Assembly (NCBI RefSeq): GCF_009914755.1
Contig: NC_060948.1
Strand: one strand, 5' to 3'
DNA length: 64,000 nt
Origin: the human T2T-CHM13v2.0 reference genome, Homo sapiens
A program made the translations under genes and the position numbers. Below are positions 19,105 through 37,879 of the stretch, piece by piece. Numbering within the stretch: the stretch's first letter is position 1; each line of letters starts with the position of its first letter. The notes under the pieces were generated by a model, which searched no databases, had not been told where the DNA came from, and saw nothing but the letters and a program-made list of their open reading frames with translations.

Positions 19105-19870
19105 AGCTATTAGTGACCTGTAGCTGCTGTAACAAGTTATCACAAATGTGGTAGCTGAAAACAACACAAATTAACTGTCTTACAGTTATGAAGAACAGAA
19201 GGCTGAAGTCAGTTTCCCTAGGCTAACATAAAAGTGTTGGCAGGACTGGTTTATTCTAGAGGCTTTGGAGGTGAATGCATTTTCTTGCCTTGCCAGCTTC
19301 CAGAAGCTGCCTGCTTTCCTTGGCTCATGGTCCCTTCCTCCACTTGCAAAACCCACACCCACATCACTCCGGGCTCTGCTTCCATTGTCACCTCTTCTAT
19401 AACTTTGATCCTCTTGCCTCCCTCTCATAAGGAGCCTTCTGATGACAGATGGCCAACCCAGAGAATCCAGGACAGCCCTCCTCTTAGGATCACTAATTAA
19501 ACCACAGTTGCCAAGTGTGTTTTTCCAGGTGAGGTCACATATTCACAGGTTCTAGAGACTGGGATGTGGACAGCTTTGGGGGATATTATTCCTCTACCAT
19601 ATGGGGAGTGGGATGTATAAATCTTTGGGGCCATTATTCTGTCTATCACATGGGGATTTGGGTGTTGATAACATTTTTAGGGTCATTATTCTGTCCACCA
19701 CGTGGGGATTAGGATGTGGACATCTTTGGGGGCCATTACTCCTTCTACCACATGGGATTGCAATGTAGACACCTTTGGGGGCCATTTTCTGTCTCCCACA
19801 TGGGATTAGGATGTGGACATCTTTGGGGCCATTATTCTGTCTACCACATGGGGATTAGGATGTGGACATC
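19105..19870 (-). mobile_element. MLT1 LTR whose terminus is amplified into a ~49-bp tandem repeat (19560-19870)
   Basis: MLT1 reverse-strand signature. Unit GGGATTAGGATGTGGACATCTTTGGGGGCCATTATTCTGTCTACCACATG, about 6 copies. Confidence 0.8.
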
Positions 19871-19965
19871 TGGCTGGGCGCAGTGGCTCACGCCTGTAAT
19901 CCCAGCACTTTGGGAGGCTGAGGCAGGTGGATCACAAGGTCAGGAGATGGAGACCATCCTGGCTA

Positions 19966-20352
<387 letters not shown>

Positions 20353-20560
20353 TCTGTGAGTATATAGATTCTCCACCCCCTAAAAAAATTATAAGCACTG
20401 TGACCACCCCTAAAGTGGCTCAGGCTCATGCATGTAGCCCGCCTGGGCTTGAATGCTCTTTGCAAACATACGTTAGATCTGGACAGCCCAGTTCTTCAGG
20501 GAAACCCTCTTGGGGCCATGGCAACATGTGGACCATTCCGGAAGAGCGAGAACCGGTGCC

Positions 20561-20578
20561 TGCCAGCAGGTGGCAGCA
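20561..20578 (+). promoter_or_regulatory. Candidate CTCF site
   Basis: TGCCAGCAGGTGGCAGCA matches the CTCF core CCASYAGRKGGCRS, and lies in apparently non-repeat DNA. Confidence 0.6.
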
Positions 20579-20657
20579 TGGGGCAGCTGATGTAACCCGG
20601 CTTCCTTCGCTCCAAGATTGCACCTGTCAGAGGCAGTCAGGGCTGGGGTGACCATGA

Positions 20658-20942
<285 letters not shown>

Positions 20943-21020
20943 TGACCCGCCCGCCTCGGCCTCCCAAAGTGTTGGGATTACAGGCGTGAGCCACCGTGCC
21001 CAGTCTGCTTTGCTGTTTTA

Positions 21021-21546
<526 letters not shown>

Positions 21547-21795
21547 TTAAAGAAAGCGGCACCATAGCTCAAGAATGTTTCCTGCAGTGTCTGGGAGGAA
21601 TCTCTTTGAAATGTGATCCCCAAGGGGGAGGAAAAAAAGCCTCATCCCCCGGGGTCCACAGAGGAGAAGAGCTTAATTTAATCTGTCACCTCACTCCAAA
21701 TTGCAAAGCCTACACCTCCAGTCAAAATGAGTCCTTGTTTAGTTTCAGAAAACGAAAGGAAAGGGCTGTCTCCACTTTGCTGCGTAAAAGGATGA

Positions 21796-22051
<256 letters not shown>

Positions 22052-22308
22052 TGATCCACCTGCCTCGGCCTCCCAAAGTGCTGGGATGACAGGCGTGAGC
22101 CACCACACCCGGCCCATAAAAGGGTGAGATTTCTTTCTGTGTTTCTGATCCCTTTCACGGATGGCCTGGGATGTATATCACATTTGAATTGAATGCTTGT
22201 TCTGTAGAAAAATGGTTTTCTTTTTCTTCTACCCTTGAGGAGAGGGGTTAAGGAAGGAGTTCCTGGATCGGGAGGAGATTTTTTTGCTTTTTTTTTTTTT
22301 TTTTTTGA

Positions 22309-22732
<424 letters not shown>

Positions 22733-23384
22733 TGAACCACCGTACCCGGCCAATTTTTGTATTTTTTTGGTAGAGACAGGGTTTCTCCATGTTGGTCAGG
22801 CTGGTCTCGAACTCCTGACCTGAAGTGATCTGCCCACCTTGGCCTCCCAATGTGCTGGGATGAGAGGTGTGAGCCACTGCACCTGGCCTTTGGTTGTTTT
22901 TTTTTTTTTTTTTTTTTTGAGACAGAGTCCCTGTCACTCAGTCTGGGGTGTCGTGGCTGATCTCGGCTCACTGCAACCTCTGCCTCCAGGATTCAAGCGA
23001 TTCTCCTGCCTCAGCCTCCTGAGTAGCTGAGATTACAGGCCTGGCTAATTTTGTATTTTTTAGTAGAGATGGGGTTTGATCATGTTGCTCAGGCTGGTCT
23101 CGAACACCTGACCTCAAGTGGTCCGCCCGCCTCGTCCTCCCAAAGTGCTGGGGTGACAGGCATGAGCCACCACTCCTGGTAGAGATTTTGCTTTTTAATT
23201 CTATTTCCTTAACACCTTGAACATGTATGGCTTGGGCTGTTCCTCATCTCAGCCTTATGTTTTGATTCGATTGCCTTCCAATGAGCACCTTATTATTTAA
23301 AAGTGGACTTCAAGATGGGACTGTACCGTTTCCTTTTCTATCACACTTCACTGTTGGACCGTGAACTCTATTATTATTGTTATT

Positions 23385-24330
<946 letters not shown>

Positions 24331-24504
24331 TCACCATGAACTCTAATGTCAGAAATTACCGAGGCGCTGTTTCTGCATTTTTTTCTAGTATGGATCCTGG
24401 TAAGCCACATCCAGAAGAGATTTCTCTGGAAGAACTTTGCCTTGAATGGAAGCAATTGTCCTGATGGCCACTAGGGGGAGGAAGCATCGTTTTCTCTCTT
24501 CGAA

Positions 24505-27350
<2,846 letters not shown>

Positions 27351-27600
27351 GAGGAGCTGCTGATACCTGGAGACTTGATACCCACAAGCTCCCCTTAGCC
27401 ACAGTTCCAAAACAGGACATGGCTCAAGACCGCGTCTGGGGAGGAGGGGGAGACAGGATAATTCAGGCCTGCTGGGTGCTGCCTGCTGGGGGTAACCAGG
27501 GTCTGTAGATGTGTAAAGCCAGAGAGCTGGGACCAGAGTCTGCTGTTTCATTTTGCCCAAGACTTTCTGTGGGCCTCCTGGAATAAGGCAGACCAGCTGA

Positions 27601-27809
<209 letters not shown>

Positions 27810-27977
27810 TAGGCTGGTCTTGTACTCCTGACCTCAAGTGATCCACCGGCCTCGGCCTCCCAAAGTCCTGGGATGACAGGCGTGAGCCACCACGCCAGGC
27901 CCGGGTAATATCTCTTATAGCTAGAGTGATTTTAGAGTGACCTTCGCATATCGTGACCCGTGAGTGAGTTTCCTGGG

Positions 27978-28859
27978 CGTGATGGTTAATACTGAATGGC
28001 AGCTTGATTGGATTGAAAGATCCAATCAAAGCGTTGTTCCTGGGTGTGTCTGTGAGGGTGTTGCCAAAGGAGAATAACACTAGAGTCAGTGGACTCGGAG
28101 AGGCAGAACCCCCCTCAATCTGGGTGGGCACCGTCTCATCAGCTGCCAGTCTGGCCAGAATAAAAGCAGGCAGAGGAGCGTGAAAAGGCTAGACTGGCTT
28201 AGCCTCCCAGCCTCCATCTTCCTCCTTTGCTGGATGCTTCCTGCCCTGGACCACTGGACTCCAAGTTCTTAATCCTTGGGACTCAGACTGGCTTCCTGCC
28301 TCCTCAGCTTGTAGATGACCTATGGTGGGACCTCACCTTGTGACTCTGTGAGTTAATTCTCCTTAATAAACTCCCCTTCATATATATATAATTCATGTGG
28401 ACTCTTTCTAGACCATATAGATTGTATTAGTCAGGGTTCCTTAGAGGAATAGAACAAATAGAAGATACACACACACGCACACACACATATATATGTACGT
28501 ATATGTGTGTATATATACACGTGTATATATACACACATATATACACGTGTATACACACATGTGTATATATACATGTATACACATATATGTGTATATGCAC
28601 ATGTGTATACACACATATGTGCATGTACACATATGTGCATATACGCATATATACACGTGTGTATACGCATATATACGTGTGTACACGCATATATACACGT
28701 GTATACGCATATATACACACATACACACATATATACACACATATACACACACACATATATATACACACACAATACATATATATGTGTGTGTGTGTGTGTG
28801 CGTGTGTGTGTATATATCTTCTATTAGTTCTATTCCTCTAAGGAACCCTGACTAATACA
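27978..28859 (+). mobile_element. MLT2A (ERVL) solo LTR with expanded internal (CA/TA) tract
   Basis: GTGATGGTTAATACTGA...CTTGATTGGATTGAA start; AATAAACTCCCCTT; GAACCCTGACTAATACA end. Confidence 0.85.
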
Positions 28860-28903
28860 ATGTATATGGTCTAAAAAGAGTCCATATGAATAATCCACTC
28901 CTA

Positions 28904-29396
<493 letters not shown>

Positions 29397-30604
29397 TCAT
29401 TTGCATGAAGTGTCTAGAATAAGACTGCTTGCAGAGTCAGAGAGCAGATGGGTGATTGCTTAAGGCTGAGAGCAGGGAGACTGGGGAGTGACGGTTTAAT
29501 GGGTATGGGGTGTTTTTTTTTGGGTTACGAAGGTGTTCTGGAACTAGCTAGGGCCGGTGGTTGTGTAAAATGCTCAGTGCACTAAATCGTCTCTTCATTG
29601 TGCAATTTTTAAAATGGCAAACTGTGTGTGATGGGTATTTTCCCACAGTAAGAAACAGCAGCAGCACAAAGGGAGGTGATAACTCACGTCATATCACACC
29701 CTGCAGGCCCCATCACCCTTCCTCCTTCCTCTGTTCACCTCCTCCTCCTTTTCCGGGCTCTGCAGACGAGCCCGGGCAGCCCTCCCCGCTGGCCGTCTGG
29801 ACCCAGGCCTGCCTGTCTTGGGTGCATTTTAGGACATTAAGTCTGGCTGGAACCTGAGAGCATCAGCCATGCGGTAAGTCCCCACATCCCTCCAGCAGTC
29901 TGGGAGGGGAGCTCTCTCCTTTGCTTTTGTACACTCTGGAGAAAATTGTCAGGCAGCAGACATGAAGAGCCTCTGGGGAGATTCAGTGAGAGCTGGCAGG
30001 CAGGTGTCCAGGAGCCTGAGTGACTCACGAGAGAAAGGACATATTCCTTAAAGACAAATTCATCAAGGGATTGGTTTAAATAATTCCTGCTCAGCACATC
30101 CCAAATTAAGCTTCATCATCAGACACTGCATCTGTTGCCTTTTCTAGAAACATGAGCTCTAAGCTCAGTGACACCGTCTGTCAGGGTTTCAACGTTTCAC
30201 CTCCCGCCTCCAGGGCAGCCGGTTTCCATACACCAAAGCTCTCCAAGGTCCAGTTGTGAGGATGGGGAACGCTGGCTGTCTGGTGACGGCCTTTCCAAAG
30301 CTGCCCTGTCCTCTTGCATTAAGAAAGATTAGTTTGTACTCCGGGAGGAGAGGCGCAGAAGGTTAACAAGATTAGAGAGAGCTCCTGAGACCTGCGGTGA
30401 GATTCCCTGAGGGATGTGGCTAATAAAACTGTAAAAACAACGCAGGCGGTGTCTCTCACCGCCGGGTCCTGATTTCAGGGCCGCAAATGTCTACCTCTTC
30501 TAGGCAGTTTGCTACCTCAATAATTTAGGTTGTCAGTTGTGGTTATCCAAGCCCCAGCACACTTTTTTGTTTGTTTGTTTGTTTGTTTTGCAGTTTGCAG
30601 GTGA

Positions 30605-30922
<318 letters not shown>

Positions 30923-31099
30923 TAGGCATGAGCCACCACGCCTGGCTAATTTTTTGTATTTTTAGTAGAGACGGGGTTTCACTGTGTTAGCCAGGATGGT
31001 CTCGAACTCCTGACCTCGTGATCCGCCCACCTCGGCCTCCCAAAGTGCTGGGATGACAGGCGTGAGCCACCGCGCCCGGTCTATTTTTCTTAACTAAGA

Positions 31100-31945
31100 A
31101 ATGTGTATGTGTGTGCATATGGTTGTGTGGCTGGTAGAGGTGGAGAGCTTCAGGAATGTGTGTATGCGTGTGTGTTTCTGCGTGTGTCTGTGTATGTGTT
31201 TGTGTGTTATCTTTGCTTGTGATTATGTTTGTGTCTGTACATATGTGTGTGTCTTTGTGGATGTGTGTTTGTATATGTATGGCTGTCTGTGTGTGTTTGC
31301 CTCTTTGTGTATGCATGTGAATGTGTGTGTTTATATTTGTGTATTTATGTCTGTGTAAGTGTATTATGTATTTGCACATGAGTGTGTTTCTGCATGTGTA
31401 TATTTGGGTGTCTTTGTGTGTGTGCATGTGTGTGTATATGCATGCTAGTGTGTGTGCAGTTGTTTGTGTATGCATTTGTGCATATGTGCATGTGTGCATT
31501 TGTGTGTGTAGATATGGATATGGATGAGCATGTATATTAATGTCTGTATGCATTTGTGTGTATGTGCATGTGTATATTTGCGTGTGTAGATATGGATATG
31601 TATGAGCATGTATATTAGTGTCTGTATGCATTTGTGTGTATGTGTGCATATGTGCATGTGTGCCTTTGTGTGTGTACATATGGATATGTATGCACGTGTA
31701 TGCTGGTGTCTGTATGCATTTGTGTGTATGTGTTTGTGCATGTGTATATTTGGGTGTGTATAGATATGGATATGTATGAGTGTGTATGCCTGTTAGTGTC
31801 TGTATGCATTTGTATTTGTATTTGTGTATGTGAATGTGAGCATTTGCACATGTGTGTATACGTGTGTCTGCATGTGTGCATCTATGTGTGTGCGTGTATG
31901 TGCAAGTGCGTATGTGTATAGGCACATGCTGATTTGTGTGTGTGA
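31100..31945 (+). repeat. Degenerate (TG/TA)-rich tract with an internal ~75-bp higher-order unit
   Basis: Alternating purine-pyrimidine composition. The motif (ga/ca)tatggatatg..atg..c..gtat...tgtctgtatgcatttgt recurs at ~31510, 31588, 31677 and 31763. Confidence 0.9.
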
Positions 31946-33150
31946 GAGGAGGGGCACAGGCAGACACTCTCTGTGTGGTCCCAGGTGAGGCCTGGTGGCA
32001 ACGAGCCTGGTGCGTTCAGCCCTGGGTGGATGTGGTAGCGGAGGGAACAGCAGGGCAGCGTCCGAGGTGTGAAAAAGCACAACCTGCCCCGAGAGAGCCC
32101 TGCGCTCTGGGCCATCTCGGCTTCTTGGGCCATAGGTACATTCCTCACAGGTGACCTGAGTGTGGAGGAAAGGCCGTCTCTGCAGGCCAGGGGGCTCGCT
32201 GGTTAGTGCTCACACCCAGAGTGCACCCGGACGGCACCAGAGATCTTCCTACCTCCCAGGAGCCGTTGCACGATCTCCGGGCATCGCCACCCCCGACCTC
32301 GGGCACCACGAGACTCCATTTACAGACGGGAAGCGACCTGGGGCTGACCTTGATAAAACCCCTGTCCGGCCTCGATGGGTCTGAGCGGCAGGTGCCATTG
32401 TCTTCCCAACAGCGGCGTGTGTGACCCAACACGAGTTCGGGAATGCGAACAGTCTCCTCTCGGAGCTTCGCAAGCTGTTTTAGCACAAACTCACTGCTCA
32501 GCAGACTTCTTTGAACAAGGAGTCTTCTTAAAAATGACCCTTAAGCCTGTAATCCTAGCACTTTGGGGGGCCGAGGCGGGCGGATCGCTTGAGGTCAGGA
32601 GTTCGAGACCAGACTAGCCTACATGGAGAAACCGCATCTCCACTGAAAAATACAAGAATTAGCCAGGGTTGGTGGCGCATGCCTGTAATCCCTGCTACTC
32701 AGGAGGCTGAGTCAGGAGAATCGCTTGAACCCGGGAGTTGGGGGTTGCAGTGAGCCGAGATTGCACCATTGCACTACAGCCTGGGCAACACAACGAGCCT
32801 CTGTCTCTAAAATAAAATAAGATAAAAAGTAAAATAAAGTAAAATGAAATATAAATATAATAATAAAAATAAAAATATAATAATAAAAATGTAATAATAA
32901 TATTATAATAATAATATCTGCCTACATAGGTCAGTGTACAGGCGGCGAACTGACTTCTTGCTCCGTGGCGTCAGAGCCTTGGAGAAAAGGAGGGTCACTG
33001 AGAAGGGGGGGCGGGTCAAACGAGAAGAAAACGCCAGGGAGGCTGATGCAAATCCCAGACCTCAAGGAGCAAGGGAGGGGCTGTTCTATCAAGTCCTGAC
33101 GCCCAGGGCTAAAGGTAGAGGAGAAGGAATCCGTTCTTTGCTTTCTTTCT

Positions 33151-33948
33151 CTTCCCGCCCCCTAGCCCCTGCGCCTGCTCCCCATTGGCTGAGCCCTGCT
33201 GAAGTCACCCAGCCAGGGTGACGCCAGTCAGAGCCAGGCGGATGTCAATTACACAGGGCCTTCTCTGTCTTCCCGCCCCCTAGTGCCTGCACCTGCTCCC
33301 CATTGGCTGAGCCCTGCTGAAGTCACCCAGCCAGGGTGATGTCAATCAGAGCCAGGCAGATGTCAATTACACAGGGCCTTCTCTTCCCGCCCTCTAGCCC
33401 CTGCACCTGCTCCCCATTGGCTGAGCCCTGCTGCAGTCACCCAGCCAGGTGATGTCAATGAGAGCCAGGCAGCTGTCAATTACACAGGGCCTTCTCTTCC
33501 CGCCCTCTAGCCCCTGCACCTGCTCCCCATTGGCTGAGCCCTGCTGAAGTCACCCAGCCAGGTGCTGTCAATCAGAGCCAGGCAGATGTCAATTACACAG
33601 GGCCTTCTCTCTCTTCCCGCCCCCTAGCCCCTGCACCTGCTCCCCATTGGCTGAGCCCTGCTGAAGTCACCCAGCCAGGTGATGTCAATCAGAGCCAGGC
33701 AGATGTCAATTACACAGGGCCTTCTCTCTCTTCCCGCCCCCTAGCCCCTGCATCTGCTCCCCATTGGCTGAACCCTGATGAAGTCACCCAGCCAGGTGAT
33801 GTCAAGCAGAGCCAGGCAGATGTCAATTACACAGGGCCTTCTCTCTCTCTCTCTTCCCGCCCCCTAGCCCCTGCACCTGCTCCCCATTGGCTGAGTCTAG
33901 CTGAAGTCACCCCGCTATAGAGCCAGGCAGCTGTCAATCACACAGGGC
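33151..33948. repeat. 113-123-bp minisatellite, 7 copies, each with GC-box and CCAAT box
   Basis: CTTCCCGCCC at 33151, 33269, 33383, 33496, 33613, 33730 and 33853. Each unit contains CCCCATTGGCTGA. Confidence 0.95.
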
Positions 33949-34244
33949 CCACCACAGCCCAGAGTTGGGTTGAGTGCGAATCTAGCCAACCCTGTGAATC
34001 ACGTCACCGCCTGCACAGTGGGAAGGGGTCCCCCCTGGCACGTTGCTGCCAAGTTTCAACAGCGCTTAGAGGGGAAGCGGCAGAAGCAATTCGGCTTCTC
34101 GATGGGCTTGCCCCGGCGTGCACTTGCACGAAGCATTGGCAGGAAGGAGGCTTACAAATTCATCTGGGGCCACCAGCTTCCGGGGATCCGGTGAGATGCG
34201 GGGCATGGAGGGTTTGTGAAAGCAGCAGAGTGAGTTCTGTGTCA

Positions 34245-34421
<177 letters not shown>

Positions 34422-34424
34422 CTA

Positions 34425-34733
<309 letters not shown>

Positions 34734-34759
34734 TTATTCGATTAAAAAAGAACAAGTGA

Positions 34760-35058
<299 letters not shown>

Positions 35059-35334
35059 TAGTAGAGACGGGGTTTTACCATGTTGGTCAGACTGATCTCG
35101 AACTCTTGACCTCGTGATCCACCCGGCCTCCCAAAAGTGCTGGGATTGCAGGCGTGAGCCACCGCACCCGGCCTTATTTTATTCTTTTTAATTGAGAAAA
35201 ATGGCACATATTCACGGGATACATAGTGATGTTTCTATCCATATAGTGTGTAATTATCAGATCCTTATAGCATATAATGATCAATGTATAATTAATGATC
35301 AGATCCATATAATCTATAATGAGATGATTGATAG

Positions 35335-35796
<462 letters not shown>

Positions 35797-36584
35797 TAAT
35801 ATCCTCCTTCCAACTATTTGAAACTGTAGAATATATTATTGTTAACTATCATCATTCTACAGGGCTTTAGAACACTAGAGTTTATTCCACGTGTCTAGCT
35901 GTAATTTTGTACGCTTTAATAATTGTTTTCATATGGACATAATAGCTCTCCGGGAAGAAAAAAATATAAAATAATAAATGTCACTCAGAACAGTAATCAG
36001 TAATGCTGTCAAAACTTTATTCAGGCTGTGTGTGGTGGCTCATGCCTGTAATCCCAACTCTTAAGGAGGACGAGGCGGGTGGATCACTTGAGCTCAGGAG
36101 TTTGAGACCAGCTTGGCCAACATAGTGAAACCCTGTCTCTACTAAAAATACAAAAAAAATTAGCCGGGCGTGGTAGCAAGTGCCTGCCATTCCAGTTACT
36201 CAGGAGGCTGAGGCACGAGAATCACTTAAATCTGGGAGGCGGAGGTTGCAGTGAGCTGAGATCGCGCCATTGAATTCCAGCCACTGCACTCCAGAGACAG
36301 ACTCTCTTTGTCTTTTTTTTTTTTAATTTTTAAAAGGCAGGCGGATCACCTGAGGTCAGGAGTTCGAGACCAGCCTAGCCAAAATGGTGAAACCCCGTGT
36401 CTACTAACAATACAAAAATTAGCAGGGTGTGGTGGCGGGCACCTGTAATCCCAGCTACTCAGGAGGCTGAGGCAGGAGAATCGCTTGAACCCGGGAGGTG
36501 GAGGTTGCGGTGAGCCGAGATCACGCCACTGCAATGTGGCCTGGGCAACAGAGAAAGGCTTTGTCTCAAAACAAACAAACAAAA

Positions 36585-36825
36585 AATTGATGTTATGCAC
36601 AGTATTTAATAAATTACATGAGACAGTCAATACTGTATTCTAAAATAGTCTTTGCGTTAGGTGATTTTGCCCAACTGTAGACAAATGTGAGTACTGTGTT
36701 TAAGGCAGGCTAAGCGATGATGTTTGGAAGGCTAGCTGTATTAAATGTCTTTTCAAGCAAGGATCTTTTCAACTTACAATGGGTTTATCAGGACGTAAGC
36801 CATTTTAGGTCAAGGAGTATCTGTA
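36585..36825 (-). mobile_element. MER47A-like Tigger DNA transposon fragment
   Basis: ttttcaacttacaatgggtttatcaggacgtaagccat...gtcaaggagtatctg-TA terminus. Confidence 0.65.
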
Positions 36826-37879
36826 TTTTGCTTTGATGAACATTTGACTATTCAGTCCTTTTAAAGTGGTGCATTCATGTGGCAGTTTGAGAGACATTAA
36901 CAAAAAAAAAAAATAGAACACCTCCAGCAAGTACCAGAAAGATCACCTTTCTCCGTACAACTTCAGATTTGATAAAGCAGGCTTTTAAAAAGTGCTCTAG
37001 GGAATTGCAGGTCAGGTTAACAAAAACACATATTCAAATACCACAAATACAGCTATTAACATTAAAGCTGGCAGGGCACGGTGGTTCACAGCTGCAATCC
37101 CAGCACTTTCAGAGGACAATGTGGGTGGATCGCTTGAGGTCAGGAATTCAAGACCAGCCTGGTCAACATGGTGAAACCCCGTCCCTACTAAAAATCCAAA
37201 AATTAACCGGGCGTGGTGGCAGGTGCCTGTAATCGCAGCTACTCGGGAGGCTGAGGCAGGAGAATTGCTGGAACCCGGGAGGTGGAGGTTGCGGTAAGTC
37301 GAGATCGCGCCACTGGCTGGGCAGCAAGAGTGAAACTCCATCTCAATAAAACAAACAAACAAACAAAACCCTCCAAAACACGAGGATGATGGGGTTTGTC
37401 AAGACAAGGACCCTTTGTGTCTTTGTGTCTTTGGACTTGAGGGAATGGTCCCTCACAACCTCTAAAAGTCAATACATTTGATGTTTTCAAGGGTAGGTGG
37501 TAATCTTGCTATAATCACTGACTTCAGAGCTATCGTTCATCCCTCGGATTGGGGTATATGGGTAGGGAAAATAACACCCATGATGATGGCCACATCCTAA
37601 TTCCTGGATCCCTGCACCTGTGAACATGTGACTTCACGTGGCAAAATGAATGTTGCAGGTGCGATAAAGGTAAGGATCTGGAGATGGGACATGATCCTGC
37701 ATCTTGGATGGACCCAGTGTCTTCACAGGGTTCTCAGAAGAGGAGGTAGCATGGGCAGAGTCAGAGAGATTGGAAGAGGCTATACAGCTGGCTTTCAAGA
37801 TGCAGAGAGGGACTGTGCATGAGGCATTGCCAGGTAGCTTTTGCTGGACTACAGTTCAATCCATTTCAGTTGCATCCAG

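Noticed and set aside
30987-31967. 326-aa His/Thr-rich ORF (and similar ORFs at 28427-28855)
   Set aside because: Translation of (CA/TA)-rich low-complexity DNA.
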